A DNA stretch of 64,000 nucleotides from Patescibacteria group bacterium (GTDB lineage Bacteria > Patescibacteriota > Patescibacteriia > Patescibacteriales > UBA12465): contig JBAZBP010000001.1 in NCBI GenBank assembly GCA_041671365.1, positions 389,518-453,517 of the forward strand, in the 5' to 3' direction. Below are positions 27,255 to 36,245 of the stretch, in pieces. Numbering within the stretch: position 1 is the first letter of the stretch; each line of letters opens with the position of its first letter. A program made the position numbers and the translations under genes. Below the pieces are notes generated by a model. The model was not told the origin of the DNA and made no database searches. It saw only the letters and a program-made list of their open reading frames with translations.

Positions 27255-28469
27255 TTATAAATTTTGTGAATTAAATTTTTTAATAAATATTTTTGCCCCG
27301 GTTTGCCTAATAGGATGAAGATTCTCAATTAATTTTTCGCTGGGGACCCATTGCCAGGCAGTATGATCCCAAAAATTTATTTTTATTTCTTCGTCTTTTC
27401 CCTTAAATTCTGCAATATATAAACTTTGTTTTTGGCCCTTATAGCCGCGATGACGATAAATTCTTACCGCGCCCGTCTTATTAGCTTGGTGGTCGGATCC
27501 TCGATCGAATTTATAATGATAAATATTTATAAAGGTTTTTTTATCGACAAAGCTTTCATTTTTAATTCCTAGCTCTTCCTGAAGTTCTCTCCGGCCGGCA
27601 ACAGCGGGACTATTTCTGTCAGTACCTCCCTGCGGTAATTGCCAATGTAATTCGCTACCCTCTGCTTTAACTATTAAAATCTTTTTTTCTTCATTTTCCT
27701 TTTTATATAGAATACAGGCGACGCTCGGCCGATAAAGCCAGCGGTTAATTAAGTTTACATATAAAAATTTACCGATAAAAACTATAGTGGCATTGTAAAT
27801 CCTCTTCCATCTTTTAGGTTGCTTTAGTAAACGCCATAGCCATTCCAATCCTAATTGTCTCATTATTTTTGGAGCGCGTCTAGCTTTTCCGCTTATAAAA
27901 TCAAAGGTTCCGCCGACTGCAAGCGCGAGCTTGACACTCGATAATTTTTTTAGATTATGGAATAATAGTTTTTCCTGATAAGGAAAACCGAGATTCGTAA
28001 ACATTAGGGTCGGAGAAAAAATTTTTATTTGTTCAATAATTTCCGGAGTTAAAAATTTATCACGGCTAATATCAAGCACTTGGAAATTTAAATCAGTAAA
28101 TTTTTGGCTCAAGGAGGACTCGATATCGATTTTTTTTGATAAACCGCCAGTCCAATTCAAAATTAAGGTTTTTATTTTTTTTTGAGCGGCAATTTTTAAT
28201 AACTCCATGCTTAAATCAGCACCGGTGATTCGCGGTAAATTAAAGCCGGATAATAGCCCGGTAATTTTTAAGCCAAAACCGTCGGCAATAGCTACATCAG
28301 CCTTATTTAAAATAAAAAAAAGCTCTTCATCTTGGCCGGCGGCCAGTATTATTTCGGGATTAGGGGTAACCAAATAGTGCTGTTGCCCATCATCCAAAAA
28401 GGTAATAATTTTTTGAATCAGTCTGTCGATCGTTAATTCGTTTAAATTTATTCCCAAAATATTAGCCAT
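27255..28469 (-). CDS. fusion protein: WecB/TagA/CpsF-family glycosyltransferase (N-terminal) plus NUDIX hydrolase (C-terminal)
   Basis: N-terminal ILGINLN...LVTPNPEII..ADGFGL and GLEWLWRLLKQPKRWKRI. C-terminal NUDIX box GGTDRNSPAVAGRRELQEELGI (27564-27629). Confidence 0.75.
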   Translation of the reverse strand: MANILGINLNELTIDRLIQKIITFLDDGQQHYLVTPNPEIILAAGQDEELFFILNKADVAIADGFGLKITGLLSGFNLPRITGADLSMELLKIAAQKKIKTLILNWTGGLSKKIDIESSLSQKFTDLNFQVLDISRDKFLTPEIIEQIKIFSPTLMFTNLGFPYQEKLLFHNLKKLSSVKLALAVGGTFDFISGKARRAPKIMRQLGLEWLWRLLKQPKRWKRIYNATIVFIGKFLYVNLINRWLYRPSVACILYKKENEEKKILIVKAEGSELHWQLPQGGTDRNSPAVAGRRELQEELGIKNESFVDKKTFINIYHYKFDRGSDHQANKTGAVRIYRHRGYKGQKQSLYIAEFKGKDEEIKINFWDHTAWQWVPSEKLIENLHPIRQTGAKIFIKKFNSQNL

Positions 28470-28540
28470 ATGTTATAATATTAGCATATTAATAGTATTA
28501 TAAATATAAGCTTTCGTCAAAAATAATTTATTATATAGAT

Positions 28541-29503
28541 ATGTCTAACTATAAAAAGATAAGTGACCGTATCGAAGAACTAAAACTTGATAACCCGCGG
28601 ATGGTTTCGTCGTTAAAATGGCTTAATATTACCAACGCCGGTAAAAATGAGATTGAATATTTAAGAAAAAATTATCATTTTGATTTAATTCATTTAAAAG
28701 TAGCCTCCGCTTCAATTTCTTTCCAACGGCCGATGATTTTTAAAGGAAAGGATTATTTGTGTCTGGTTTTGCATTTTCCGATTTTTAAAGATGATAAAAT
28801 TATACCGGCGGAAATAGATTTTTATGTCGGACATGGTTTTTTGATCTCGGTTAACAACAATGATTTAAAAGCGTTAGCTAATTTTTTTAATTTAGGTAAA
28901 AAAAGTCCCGATTCCCTGCTCGCCTATTCCTTAGAATCTTCGGCTATATTATTATACGAAATTTTAGGCCATCTGATTGACGGTTGCTATCAGCTTTTAG
29001 ACGAAAATAGTTTAAAAATTAATGAGATTGAAGATTTAATTTTTTCCGATAAACAAAAGGAATCGATGGAACAAATTTTAATTTTACGAAGAAATATCGT
29101 TAATATCCGAAAAATCATTCAGAATCATAAAAGGATTTTACAAAAATTACTGGAAATGGAAAGTAGTTTGGTCGAAAAAACGGCGATTAAAAAGTACTAT
29201 AACGGATTAGTCGAGCATTCAAAAATTATCTGGGAAACGCTGGACAATCAAAAAGAGTTGGTTGAGGTTTTAAATAATACCAATGAATCTTTTTTAAACA
29301 ATCGGATGACCGATATCATGAAAACTTTAACAATTTTTTCGGTTATTATCTTCCCTTTAACTTTGTTGGCGGCTATTTTTGGCATGAAGACCAAAGAAAT
29401 GCCCTTAGTGAACCAACCCGGCAGCTTCTGGATGATTATTGGCCTAATGTTTTTATGCACTTTAGGGATGCTAGCTTTCTTTAAACATAAAAAATTATTG
29501 TAA
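28541..29503 (+). CDS. CorA-family divalent cation transporter homolog with GMK in place of GMN
   Basis: Two C-terminal TM helices with IFGMKTKEMP between them, where CorA has YGMNFxxMP. Confidence 0.7.
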   Translation: MSNYKKISDRIEELKLDNPRMVSSLKWLNITNAGKNEIEYLRKNYHFDLIHLKVASASISFQRPMIFKGKDYLCLVLHFPIFKDDKIIPAEIDFYVGHGFLISVNNNDLKALANFFNLGKKSPDSLLAYSLESSAILLYEILGHLIDGCYQLLDENSLKINEIEDLIFSDKQKESMEQILILRRNIVNIRKIIQNHKRILQKLLEMESSLVEKTAIKKYYNGLVEHSKIIWETLDNQKELVEVLNNTNESFLNNRMTDIMKTLTIFSVIIFPLTLLAAIFGMKTKEMPLVNQPGSFWMIIGLMFLCTLGMLAFFKHKKLL

Positions 29504-29542
29504 AAACAAACATAATCAACTTTTAAAATACTTCTTAAAATT

Positions 29543-29567
29543 AAACCCCTTATTATGAGGGGTTTTT
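29543..29567 (+). terminator. rho-independent terminator
   Basis: AAACCCCT / AGGGGTTT stem plus a T-run. Confidence 0.6.
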
Positions 29568-29640
29568 AAATGGCTAATATTAATAACATAATTGGCTTTT
29601 TTTTATTTAATTTTAGTAAAATATAGCTGGTAATTTTTAC

Positions 29641-29669
29641 TTGACAAATAATTTATTATATAGTAATAT
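29641..29669 (+). promoter_or_regulatory. sigma70-like promoter (TTGACA-17-TAATAT)
   Basis: Read directly, 25 nt upstream of the GT4 start. Confidence 0.5.
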
Positions 29670-29693
29670 GTTAAGTTACATAAATACAGAATT

Positions 29694-30806
29694 ATGAAGA
29701 TTGCTTTTATCGGACAAAAAGGAATACCGGCCAATAACGGCGGCGTAGAAAAATACGTCGAAAGTTTAGCGGTTAATTTGGTGGCTTTAAACCAAGAAGT
29801 TTTAGTATACAATCGCCAAGATTATTTACCCGATCAACTTAAAGAATTTAAGGGGATAAAGATTGTTAATATATCTTATTTTAACAGCAAAAACCTTGCC
29901 AATATTACTCAAACCTTTTTAGCGATTCTTGATGTCTTAAAACGTCGGGTTGATATTGTTCATTTTCAAGGCGTTGGCCCCTCCCTGCTGTGCTGGCTGC
30001 CAAAATTATTTAACCCTCGTTTGAAGATAGTCGCCACTCTGCACAGCTTTGATTATTACAATGACAAATGGAGTTGGTTCGCTAAAAAAATGCTGCAACT
30101 CGGCGAGCACTTAATGTGCCGCTATGCCGATCAGGTTATTGTTTTATCAGTATTCATGAAAAATTATGTCAAAACTAAATATAATTGCGAAGCTACTCTA
30201 ATACCCGGTGGCGCTGATTTGTATACTGCCCTCGACCAAGATTGTTTATCAACCTGGAGTTTAAGCCGAGGAAATTATATTCTTAGCGTTTCCCGAATTA
30301 TTAAATTAAAAGGGTTGCAGTACTTGATTTCCGCCTTTAAAAATTTAAAAACTACAAAAAAATTAGTCATCGTCGGTGAAGGAGAATATCTGGCAGTGTT
30401 AAAAGAATTAGCCGCTAGCGATGACCGAATTATTTTTACCGGCAATCAAAACGGCCGGACACTGGATCAATTGTATGCCAATGCTTATATATTCGTGCAG
30501 CCTTCGGAAATGGAGGGACTATCTATCTCTTTGTTAGAGGCGATGGCCCATCGGAACGCTTGTTTGGTGAGCGATATTGAAGCTAATCGCGAAGCGCTCG
30601 CCGGCACCGGTTTTACTTTTGAAACTAAAAATACGGCCGATTTGCAAAAGCAATTAGAAAAATTACTTATAGATCAGGAAGAAGTAGAAATTAAGGCGGC
30701 GGCGGCCTATGAGCGCGCTCGGCAAAATTTTACTTGGGTTGGAGTGGCTGAAAGGATTTTAAAATTTTATCAAAACTTATTAGCCATAACGGCAAATAAT
30801 AAATAA
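29694..30806 (+). CDS. GT4-family glycosyltransferase
   Basis: KIAFIGQKGIPANNGGVEKYVE N-terminus and PSEMEGLSISLLEAMA (EX7E). Confidence 0.8.
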   Translation: MKIAFIGQKGIPANNGGVEKYVESLAVNLVALNQEVLVYNRQDYLPDQLKEFKGIKIVNISYFNSKNLANITQTFLAILDVLKRRVDIVHFQGVGPSLLCWLPKLFNPRLKIVATLHSFDYYNDKWSWFAKKMLQLGEHLMCRYADQVIVLSVFMKNYVKTKYNCEATLIPGGADLYTALDQDCLSTWSLSRGNYILSVSRIIKLKGLQYLISAFKNLKTTKKLVIVGEGEYLAVLKELAASDDRIIFTGNQNGRTLDQLYANAYIFVQPSEMEGLSISLLEAMAHRNACLVSDIEANREALAGTGFTFETKNTADLQKQLEKLLIDQEEVEIKAAAAYERARQNFTWVGVAERILKFYQNLLAITANNK

Positions 30807-30855
30807 TTTTCTATTTTTAATAGAAAAAAATGATCTTTAAAAACTAAATCAAAAG

Positions 30856-30875
30856 TCATCAATAAAAGGAGATCT
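30856..30875 (+). repeat. left copy of a perfect 20-bp inverted repeat containing an SD (tcatcaataaaaggagatct)
   Basis: Exact reverse-complement match to 32972-32991. Confidence 0.9.
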
Positions 30876-30878
30876 AAC

Positions 30879-32081
30879 ATGAAAAAGTTCTGGTGTGTTA
30901 TTTGTTTATTTGTTCTGGTTCTGTTCGCGGGGGGATGTAAACGGGAAAATCCAGTTGAGGCACCACAGTCGGAAAATTCAGCCGGAATTTTTATGAAAAT
31001 CAATGGGGCGACGCTTCCAGACAGCTCAGTTATGGAAAAACGAACTCAATATATATTTCAATTAACGGCAAATTTTACGGTTAAATCGTGGACAACCACT
31101 TTCGGGGACGATGGGACTAGTGTTTCTGGCGATATTGTCCAGCACGCTTTCAGAGCCGACACTACTTCAACTACGATCATCGTGGTAGCCGTAGACCAAA
31201 ACAATACCGTTCATCAAAAAACGTATAAAGTTACGTTAGTGTCAAACATATCCACTCCTGCCGTTATCTGGGTCTCAAAAAAAGATTTAGGTAATGGTTC
31301 TTGGGAAGAGACCTTTATTTTTCTAAAAGAAATAACCCAAGACTTGGTCGGTCCGTATGCTTATACTGGTAACGTGACCAATCCCACTTGGGTCACGACT
31401 AAATTCGTTGATACCAACAAAATCTTCAATAATGGTACAGTAAGCGATCCGCCATCTGGCGAAAAAGGAATCTATCTGATGGTCAAATTCAATCTTAGTC
31501 CAAATCCTTATGATATGGGTGTCGGTAAAATTGACCCCGCAACTAATTCCTTGATTTGGAAAGAATTTGACGGTCCGTACGCTGACGGCAATCACGTTAA
31601 GTTTACGGTCACGGCTAATGGCGACGTTACGCCAGGCGGAGTAATCCCTAATAACACTGACCCTCCTGGTGATATCGGTGATATCGGTCCCAACGCCGTC
31701 AACCGATATGGAGTAAGAGATTCTACTAAGCTCGTAATATTAGTAAATAATTTTACTCCTTGGGTTTCGGGATCTAGTTTTATCAGATCTCAAAATTCAG
31801 CCGGTTTATTTGTTCAGCCTGTTTTACAAAATGAAATTCCGGTTTATAGTAATTGGGGTAAATTAGAAATTCTAACGAAAGACATTCCGGCTGACGGAAA
31901 GTTGGTTTTCAATTATGGAAATCAAATTTCTAACCCGCTGGGATTTAATCCTAACGCTTCTAAGTCCTATTTCTACTCCGAGACAAGTGGGGTACTAAAA
32001 GTTATTATAAAAAAAGTCGGTTTAGGTAAAGTCACCGGTACCGGTCCAAAACAATATTGGACAGTCACCGTTGAAAGATAA
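30879..32081 (+). CDS. hypothetical lipoprotein
   Basis: MKKFWCVICLFVLVLFAGGC lipobox-like signal. Strong SD AAGGAG. G+C is higher than the surroundings. Confidence 0.6.
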   Translation: MKKFWCVICLFVLVLFAGGCKRENPVEAPQSENSAGIFMKINGATLPDSSVMEKRTQYIFQLTANFTVKSWTTTFGDDGTSVSGDIVQHAFRADTTSTTIIVVAVDQNNTVHQKTYKVTLVSNISTPAVIWVSKKDLGNGSWEETFIFLKEITQDLVGPYAYTGNVTNPTWVTTKFVDTNKIFNNGTVSDPPSGEKGIYLMVKFNLSPNPYDMGVGKIDPATNSLIWKEFDGPYADGNHVKFTVTANGDVTPGGVIPNNTDPPGDIGDIGPNAVNRYGVRDSTKLVILVNNFTPWVSGSSFIRSQNSAGLFVQPVLQNEIPVYSNWGKLEILTKDIPADGKLVFNYGNQISNPLGFNPNASKSYFYSETSGVLKVIIKKVGLGKVTGTGPKQYWTVTVER

Positions 32082-32105
32082 AAAACTGAACCGAAGATAT
32101 TTAAA

Positions 32106-32134
32106 GCCGCGTGTAAACTATACGCGGTTTTTTT
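32106..32134 (+). terminator. rho-independent terminator
   Basis: CCGCGT / ACGCGG stem plus T7. Confidence 0.65.
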
Positions 32135-32168
32135 AATTTTATTTATGGGGGCCCGCAGTTAGCGCCAA

Positions 32169-32201
32169 TAAAAAACCCTTATCTACTTGCGTAAATAAGG
32201 G
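32169..32201 (-). terminator. rho-independent terminator for the minus-strand island genes
   Basis: CCCTTAT / ATAAGGG stem. The A-run on the plus strand gives a T-run on the minus strand. Confidence 0.6.
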
Positions 32202-32263
32202 CTTGGAAACTATCTATCTATCACCGTAGATATGGTAGTCTCCGAAAGCTAAACTAGTTCGGC

Positions 32264-32968
32264 TTATTTCTGCCAAACATAGTAATCGCCTTCTAACGAC
32301 ATCGGTACCAATTTCCATTGGGTGGCGCCGGTAGTTAATAATAGAATTTTGACTATCTTTTGCGGTCCGAGATAGTCACTTAGAGCACCTGCCCTAATCC
32401 CAATTTTTCCACTAGTCGTAACGCACACGTCGCCAGTGAAATAATCCACAAACTGCGAGATTGCAATCCGGAAATTTATTCCGTCCCGAGTGGTGTTCGG
32501 AACAGAATAGTTATATTGCTTTTGGTCCCGATCGAGCGCGATCTGGGGCCACCAATTACCTGAATTGTCGTTTAGCTGCACCGCGAACTCGGTATAGTTA
32601 TTGGAGCCACAAAGGTTTGTGACCCCTGATGACGAAACGCTACTTGGTGTAGCTGACGATGCTGCCGGAGCGTCGTAAGTAATTGTGTTCGGTGCAGGAG
32701 TTGGACTTTCTTCGTTGTCCGTAATCGGTCTAATATAGGTCGGTCTAACATAGGTATGTTGACGACCGGATGATTTTTTACTACATTTTTTTAAACTCTC
32801 GACACTTTTAATTAAAGAGTCGGCCTTGGCCAGCCATACTGAATCCATGTTCACTGTTTTTTGTTTAACGGATTCTTTGACGGCCGTGAAGCAATTCCAT
32901 GGTTTTAGTAAAAACACTGCTACTACTATAATAAGAATCGCGGCCCAAATTACATTGGTTCTGTTCAT
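32264..32968 (-). CDS. hypothetical N-terminally anchored protein
   Basis: TM VIWAAILIIVVAVFLL. Strong SD within the 20-bp repeat. Confidence 0.55.
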   Translation of the reverse strand: MNRTNVIWAAILIIVVAVFLLKPWNCFTAVKESVKQKTVNMDSVWLAKADSLIKSVESLKKCSKKSSGRQHTYVRPTYIRPITDNEESPTPAPNTITYDAPAASSATPSSVSSSGVTNLCGSNNYTEFAVQLNDNSGNWWPQIALDRDQKQYNYSVPNTTRDGINFRIAISQFVDYFTGDVCVTTSGKIGIRAGALSDYLGPQKIVKILLLTTGATQWKLVPMSLEGDYYVWQK

Positions 32969-32971
32969 TTC

Positions 32972-32991
32972 AGATCTCCTTTTATTGATGA
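32972..32991 (-). repeat. right copy of the perfect 20-bp inverted repeat
   Basis: agatctccttttattgatga is the reverse complement of 30856-30875. Confidence 0.9.
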
Positions 32992-33008
32992 TTTATGATT
33001 GATTTTTT

Positions 33009-33860
33009 TTAATACAAACCGGAAATATTTACACTGACCCCAAAACTAAATTGTTTACTCCACTTGTACAGGTAGTAAACTGATGCGAAATCATCTTCAC
33101 CCCATTGATGGATAGACATTTCAACTCCAAGTCCGTACTCTCCCTTCTTATTGCCAACCGCATAACTATATGTCCCGAGAATTTTTGGACTTAGATATGA
33201 TGTTTTGTGAACATACCAATTAACCAAACTTCCTTTAGCTGTAGCTTGGTAATAAGTCATGTTCCAGGGATTATCGGCTAATTGTTCATTGTTCCAATAA
33301 GCCTCTTGTTTTGTCAGTAGAGGTTTTTGCACCCCTAGCTGGACCTGAAACCTGGGAAAATAATTTCCAACTCGTTTTAACAAGTTGAAATTTAAACTCC
33401 CACAAACTAAGACATCTTCTTGCCTTCCCCGATAATTCCCTACTTTTGTCGAGCTCGCCCCCTTGTTCAGAGAATACATAAACCCCAAGCTGATTCCGGT
33501 AAAGGAATCATACAGACGACTGAATGACGGACTGTAATAACCGAAAATATTCCCGAAACCAAGACTCAGTCCTTTTCCGGAATATCTCTCCATATTGTCA
33601 ACAAAACGAGAATCGTTAGCTGAAGCCCAAATTCCGTACGTTGTTTGTTGATTTTGAGATTGGCTAAATATATAATCCGCAAACACTCCATCGTAGGAGT
33701 TGTAGGTATTTAGATTCATAATTTTGGCGCCTACTCCGCCATAAATAACTAAATCATATTTCGCTGTTTTTGTCGGGAGCATCTGTATTCCGATAGAGTT
33801 TTGCCCCAGAAGAGATGCCGTCATAACCATGGCTAGCCACAGTGTTAGTATTTTTTTCAT
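33009..33860 (-). CDS. secreted beta-barrel-like protein resembling outer-membrane porin/OMP families
   Basis: Signal peptide MKKILTLWLAMVMTASLLGQ. Alternating-hydrophobic Gly/Tyr-rich strands and a C-terminal FSFGVSVNISGLY ending in an aromatic residue. Very strong SD GAAGGAGGAGG. Confidence 0.5.
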   Translation of the reverse strand: MKKILTLWLAMVMTASLLGQNSIGIQMLPTKTAKYDLVIYGGVGAKIMNLNTYNSYDGVFADYIFSQSQNQQTTYGIWASANDSRFVDNMERYSGKGLSLGFGNIFGYYSPSFSRLYDSFTGISLGFMYSLNKGASSTKVGNYRGRQEDVLVCGSLNFNLLKRVGNYFPRFQVQLGVQKPLLTKQEAYWNNEQLADNPWNMTYYQATAKGSLVNWYVHKTSYLSPKILGTYSYAVGNKKGEYGLGVEMSIHQWGEDDFASVYYLYKWSKQFSFGVSVNISGLY

Positions 33861-33923
33861 TTTGAACCTCCTCCTTCGGGGGTTGTTTGTTATAGAACTT
33901 AATTGATTATTTAAAATTAATTA

Positions 33924-34712
33924 TTAATATTTTAAAACATTATTCATATTTCCCCGAGGCTGAAATTCTTCCGGTCGGTAATTGTTTTCCTGAAAATTAT
34001 TTAAATTGTTCGGGGTACTGACGGGGTAATAGTCTATTTTAATATTGTGCCCGATATTTTTAGTTTTTTTGGCACTACGTGTCGGCCAAAGTTTAATATT
34101 GTAGCGCTCTTCCGGAAAAAGATAAACATAAAACAAAGATAAGGTCAGGCTGCCGGCTAAAGCTAAGGCGAGATTTTGGGGAATATTTGGTCGGACCGGA
34201 TAACTGGAAATAAGGGGCTGATCAATAATATTAATTTTAATTTCCGTTCCGTTGCCCTGATAATTAGCGTTTTTGTTCATTAATACGTCATTGACGGCTA
34301 AAGCAATCTGCTGAGCTTGATAAGGGTTAGGATGATAAATGTCAATCTCGATAATACCGGTATCAGCTAAGGTTTTAGTTTGAATCGTCTGGGTCCAGGT
34401 TTTGATCTGTTGATTATAATTGCCGGAAAAATAATTCTTATCAATATCATACTGAGAATTAAGAGCTAAATTATAAAAAGATCCGGAATAAACTACTTGA
34501 GCAAAAAGATTACCCAAATACTCATTAGACTCGGAAACGGTATAAGGGTCGTTCCCGACGGTATTCTGAACTACCAATAAGCGAGATTTGGCTTCATATT
34601 TTAAGGGAAAAAGCAAAGAAATACCTAAGGTTAAAATAAGAATTATAAAAACCAGGGTTAATATCGTTCCCCTTTTCTTTTTTATCAGTTTAATGAAATT
34701 CAAGAACTCCAT
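33924..34712 (-). CDS. Wzz/YveK-like polysaccharide chain-length determinant protein
   Basis: N-terminal TM followed by PLKYEAKSRLLV, and a C-terminal TM. Confidence 0.5.
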   Translation of the reverse strand: MEFLNFIKLIKKKRGTILTLVFIILILTLGISLLFPLKYEAKSRLLVVQNTVGNDPYTVSESNEYLGNLFAQVVYSGSFYNLALNSQYDIDKNYFSGNYNQQIKTWTQTIQTKTLADTGIIEIDIYHPNPYQAQQIALAVNDVLMNKNANYQGNGTEIKINIIDQPLISSYPVRPNIPQNLALALAGSLTLSLFYVYLFPEERYNIKLWPTRSAKKTKNIGHNIKIDYYPVSTPNNLNNFQENNYRPEEFQPRGNMNNVLKY

Positions 34713-34883
34713 ATATCTTTATTAGATTAATAAATTATAATACTATAAATTTTTTTACTTGTCAATAGAAGTTAAAAAATAGACGTTAATTCTTTGTTAT
34801 CATTGACAATTTTTATTAAATCAGATAGAGTTTAATGAATACAATTAATTTAATATTAATTTAATTAATATTAGCCAAATTTT

Positions 34884-36191
34884 ATGAAAAGGATAATTTT
34901 TCTGTCCGTAATCTGTTTAATGGCAGTTTTAGCTTTAACCCATAACGGCCAAACGCAAACAAAATCTTATTATTCCGGAGATGCGATTAATTTTAATAAT
35001 TCCCTTTACGTTGGTTCAACCGATACCGGGAGTTTGGAGATTTTTAAATTGGAGAATAATGATTTACAGCAATTAGTTACGCTGCGACCGCTAGATGCTC
35101 GTTTCGGACGCTATGAAAGCTTTTACGATTTAAAATTTTCAGTGGAATCCGGCCATCTGTTTGTTTATACTATTAACGGTTACAGTTTGTATAAATATGA
35201 AGTAGTCGGCGATAATCGCTTAGTTTTGATTGTCAGTTCCAAAAATACTTATTGGGAGTGGTATAATCGGGTTGATAAATTTGGCGACAATATTATTACC
35301 ATTAGCGATAAGGGGGCAAAAGTTTGGACTAATGACTTGCAGACTATTATTGCTTATACCGCTTCGGATCTGGCTATTCCGGTCGCCACGGATTCTTATA
35401 ATAGCAATTATAATATCCGGGCCTATAATAATAATTATATTTTAAATGTTCAAAATAATTATTTAACGGTATTCAGCCGCGAAACTCAAACACAAATAAG
35501 CAATATCCCGCTAAATTACAAGATTAATCCCGGTAATCGCCAAGCTTACCAAGATGAGAATAACGATATTTTCGTTGTCGATGATTATTATGCTAAAAAG
35601 TTTTCACTCGATGGACACCTGCTCGGCAGTTTTCGCCATTTAGACTATGCCGGTTATGATGTGGCTATCTCCGGCCACAGCAATTACCTTTATTTTTCAA
35701 ACGGTATTGGTTTGGTAAAATTGGATAAGGACACGATGAAATTAGCCGAATTCCGTTATACCGGCGGTTTGGGCGGTCCGCGCGGCTGGGCCATGGGTTT
35801 AAAGTCGGTTTATGTTAATGGCGATAAAGTTGTAGTCTTTAATAATTCGAATATTTTAGTTTTAGATTCTAACTTAAATAAATTGGCCGTTTGGCAGGCG
35901 ACGGAAGTAACGACTCCGGTTAGCGTCGAAAATTTATATCTCAATCTGGATCATAGCGTGGGCACGCCGCAAGCCAAAATTGTTTTAAGCGGCGGCGGCT
36001 ATCTTCCTAATGAAAATTTAATAATTACTTTCGGTGATGTCCAAACGGCCGGCCAGGCTGATGCTCGCGGCCGCTTTACTCAGAATTTATCAGTGCCAAA
36101 CTTGCCTATCGGTTCGCCCGATATTACTGATATTAAAGTAGTCGGCGCCAGTTCAAATTTAAGTTATAGTATTTCCTTCAAAATCAAATAA
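34884..36191 (+). CDS. hypothetical secreted protein (beta-propeller-like sequence character)
   Basis: Signal peptide, no motif recognised. Confidence 0.5.
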   Translation: MKRIIFLSVICLMAVLALTHNGQTQTKSYYSGDAINFNNSLYVGSTDTGSLEIFKLENNDLQQLVTLRPLDARFGRYESFYDLKFSVESGHLFVYTINGYSLYKYEVVGDNRLVLIVSSKNTYWEWYNRVDKFGDNIITISDKGAKVWTNDLQTIIAYTASDLAIPVATDSYNSNYNIRAYNNNYILNVQNNYLTVFSRETQTQISNIPLNYKINPGNRQAYQDENNDIFVVDDYYAKKFSLDGHLLGSFRHLDYAGYDVAISGHSNYLYFSNGIGLVKLDKDTMKLAEFRYTGGLGGPRGWAMGLKSVYVNGDKVVVFNNSNILVLDSNLNKLAVWQATEVTTPVSVENLYLNLDHSVGTPQAKIVLSGGGYLPNENLIITFGDVQTAGQADARGRFTQNLSVPNLPIGSPDITDIKVVGASSNLSYSISFKIK

Positions 36192-36210
36192 ATTAATCAA
36201 AGCCCTGCTA

Positions 36211-36245
36211 AAAATACCGCCCTGAATTCAGGGCGGTATTTTTTA
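36211..36245. terminator. bidirectional terminator (32-nt perfect palindrome)
   Basis: AAAATACCGCCCTGAA / TTCAGGGCGGTATTTT lies between convergent genes. Confidence 0.75.

Noticed and set aside
29603-29812. 69-aa minus-strand ORF spanning the GT4 promoter and start
   Set aside because: It overlaps a consensus promoter and the 5' end of a strong CDS, with no supporting signal.
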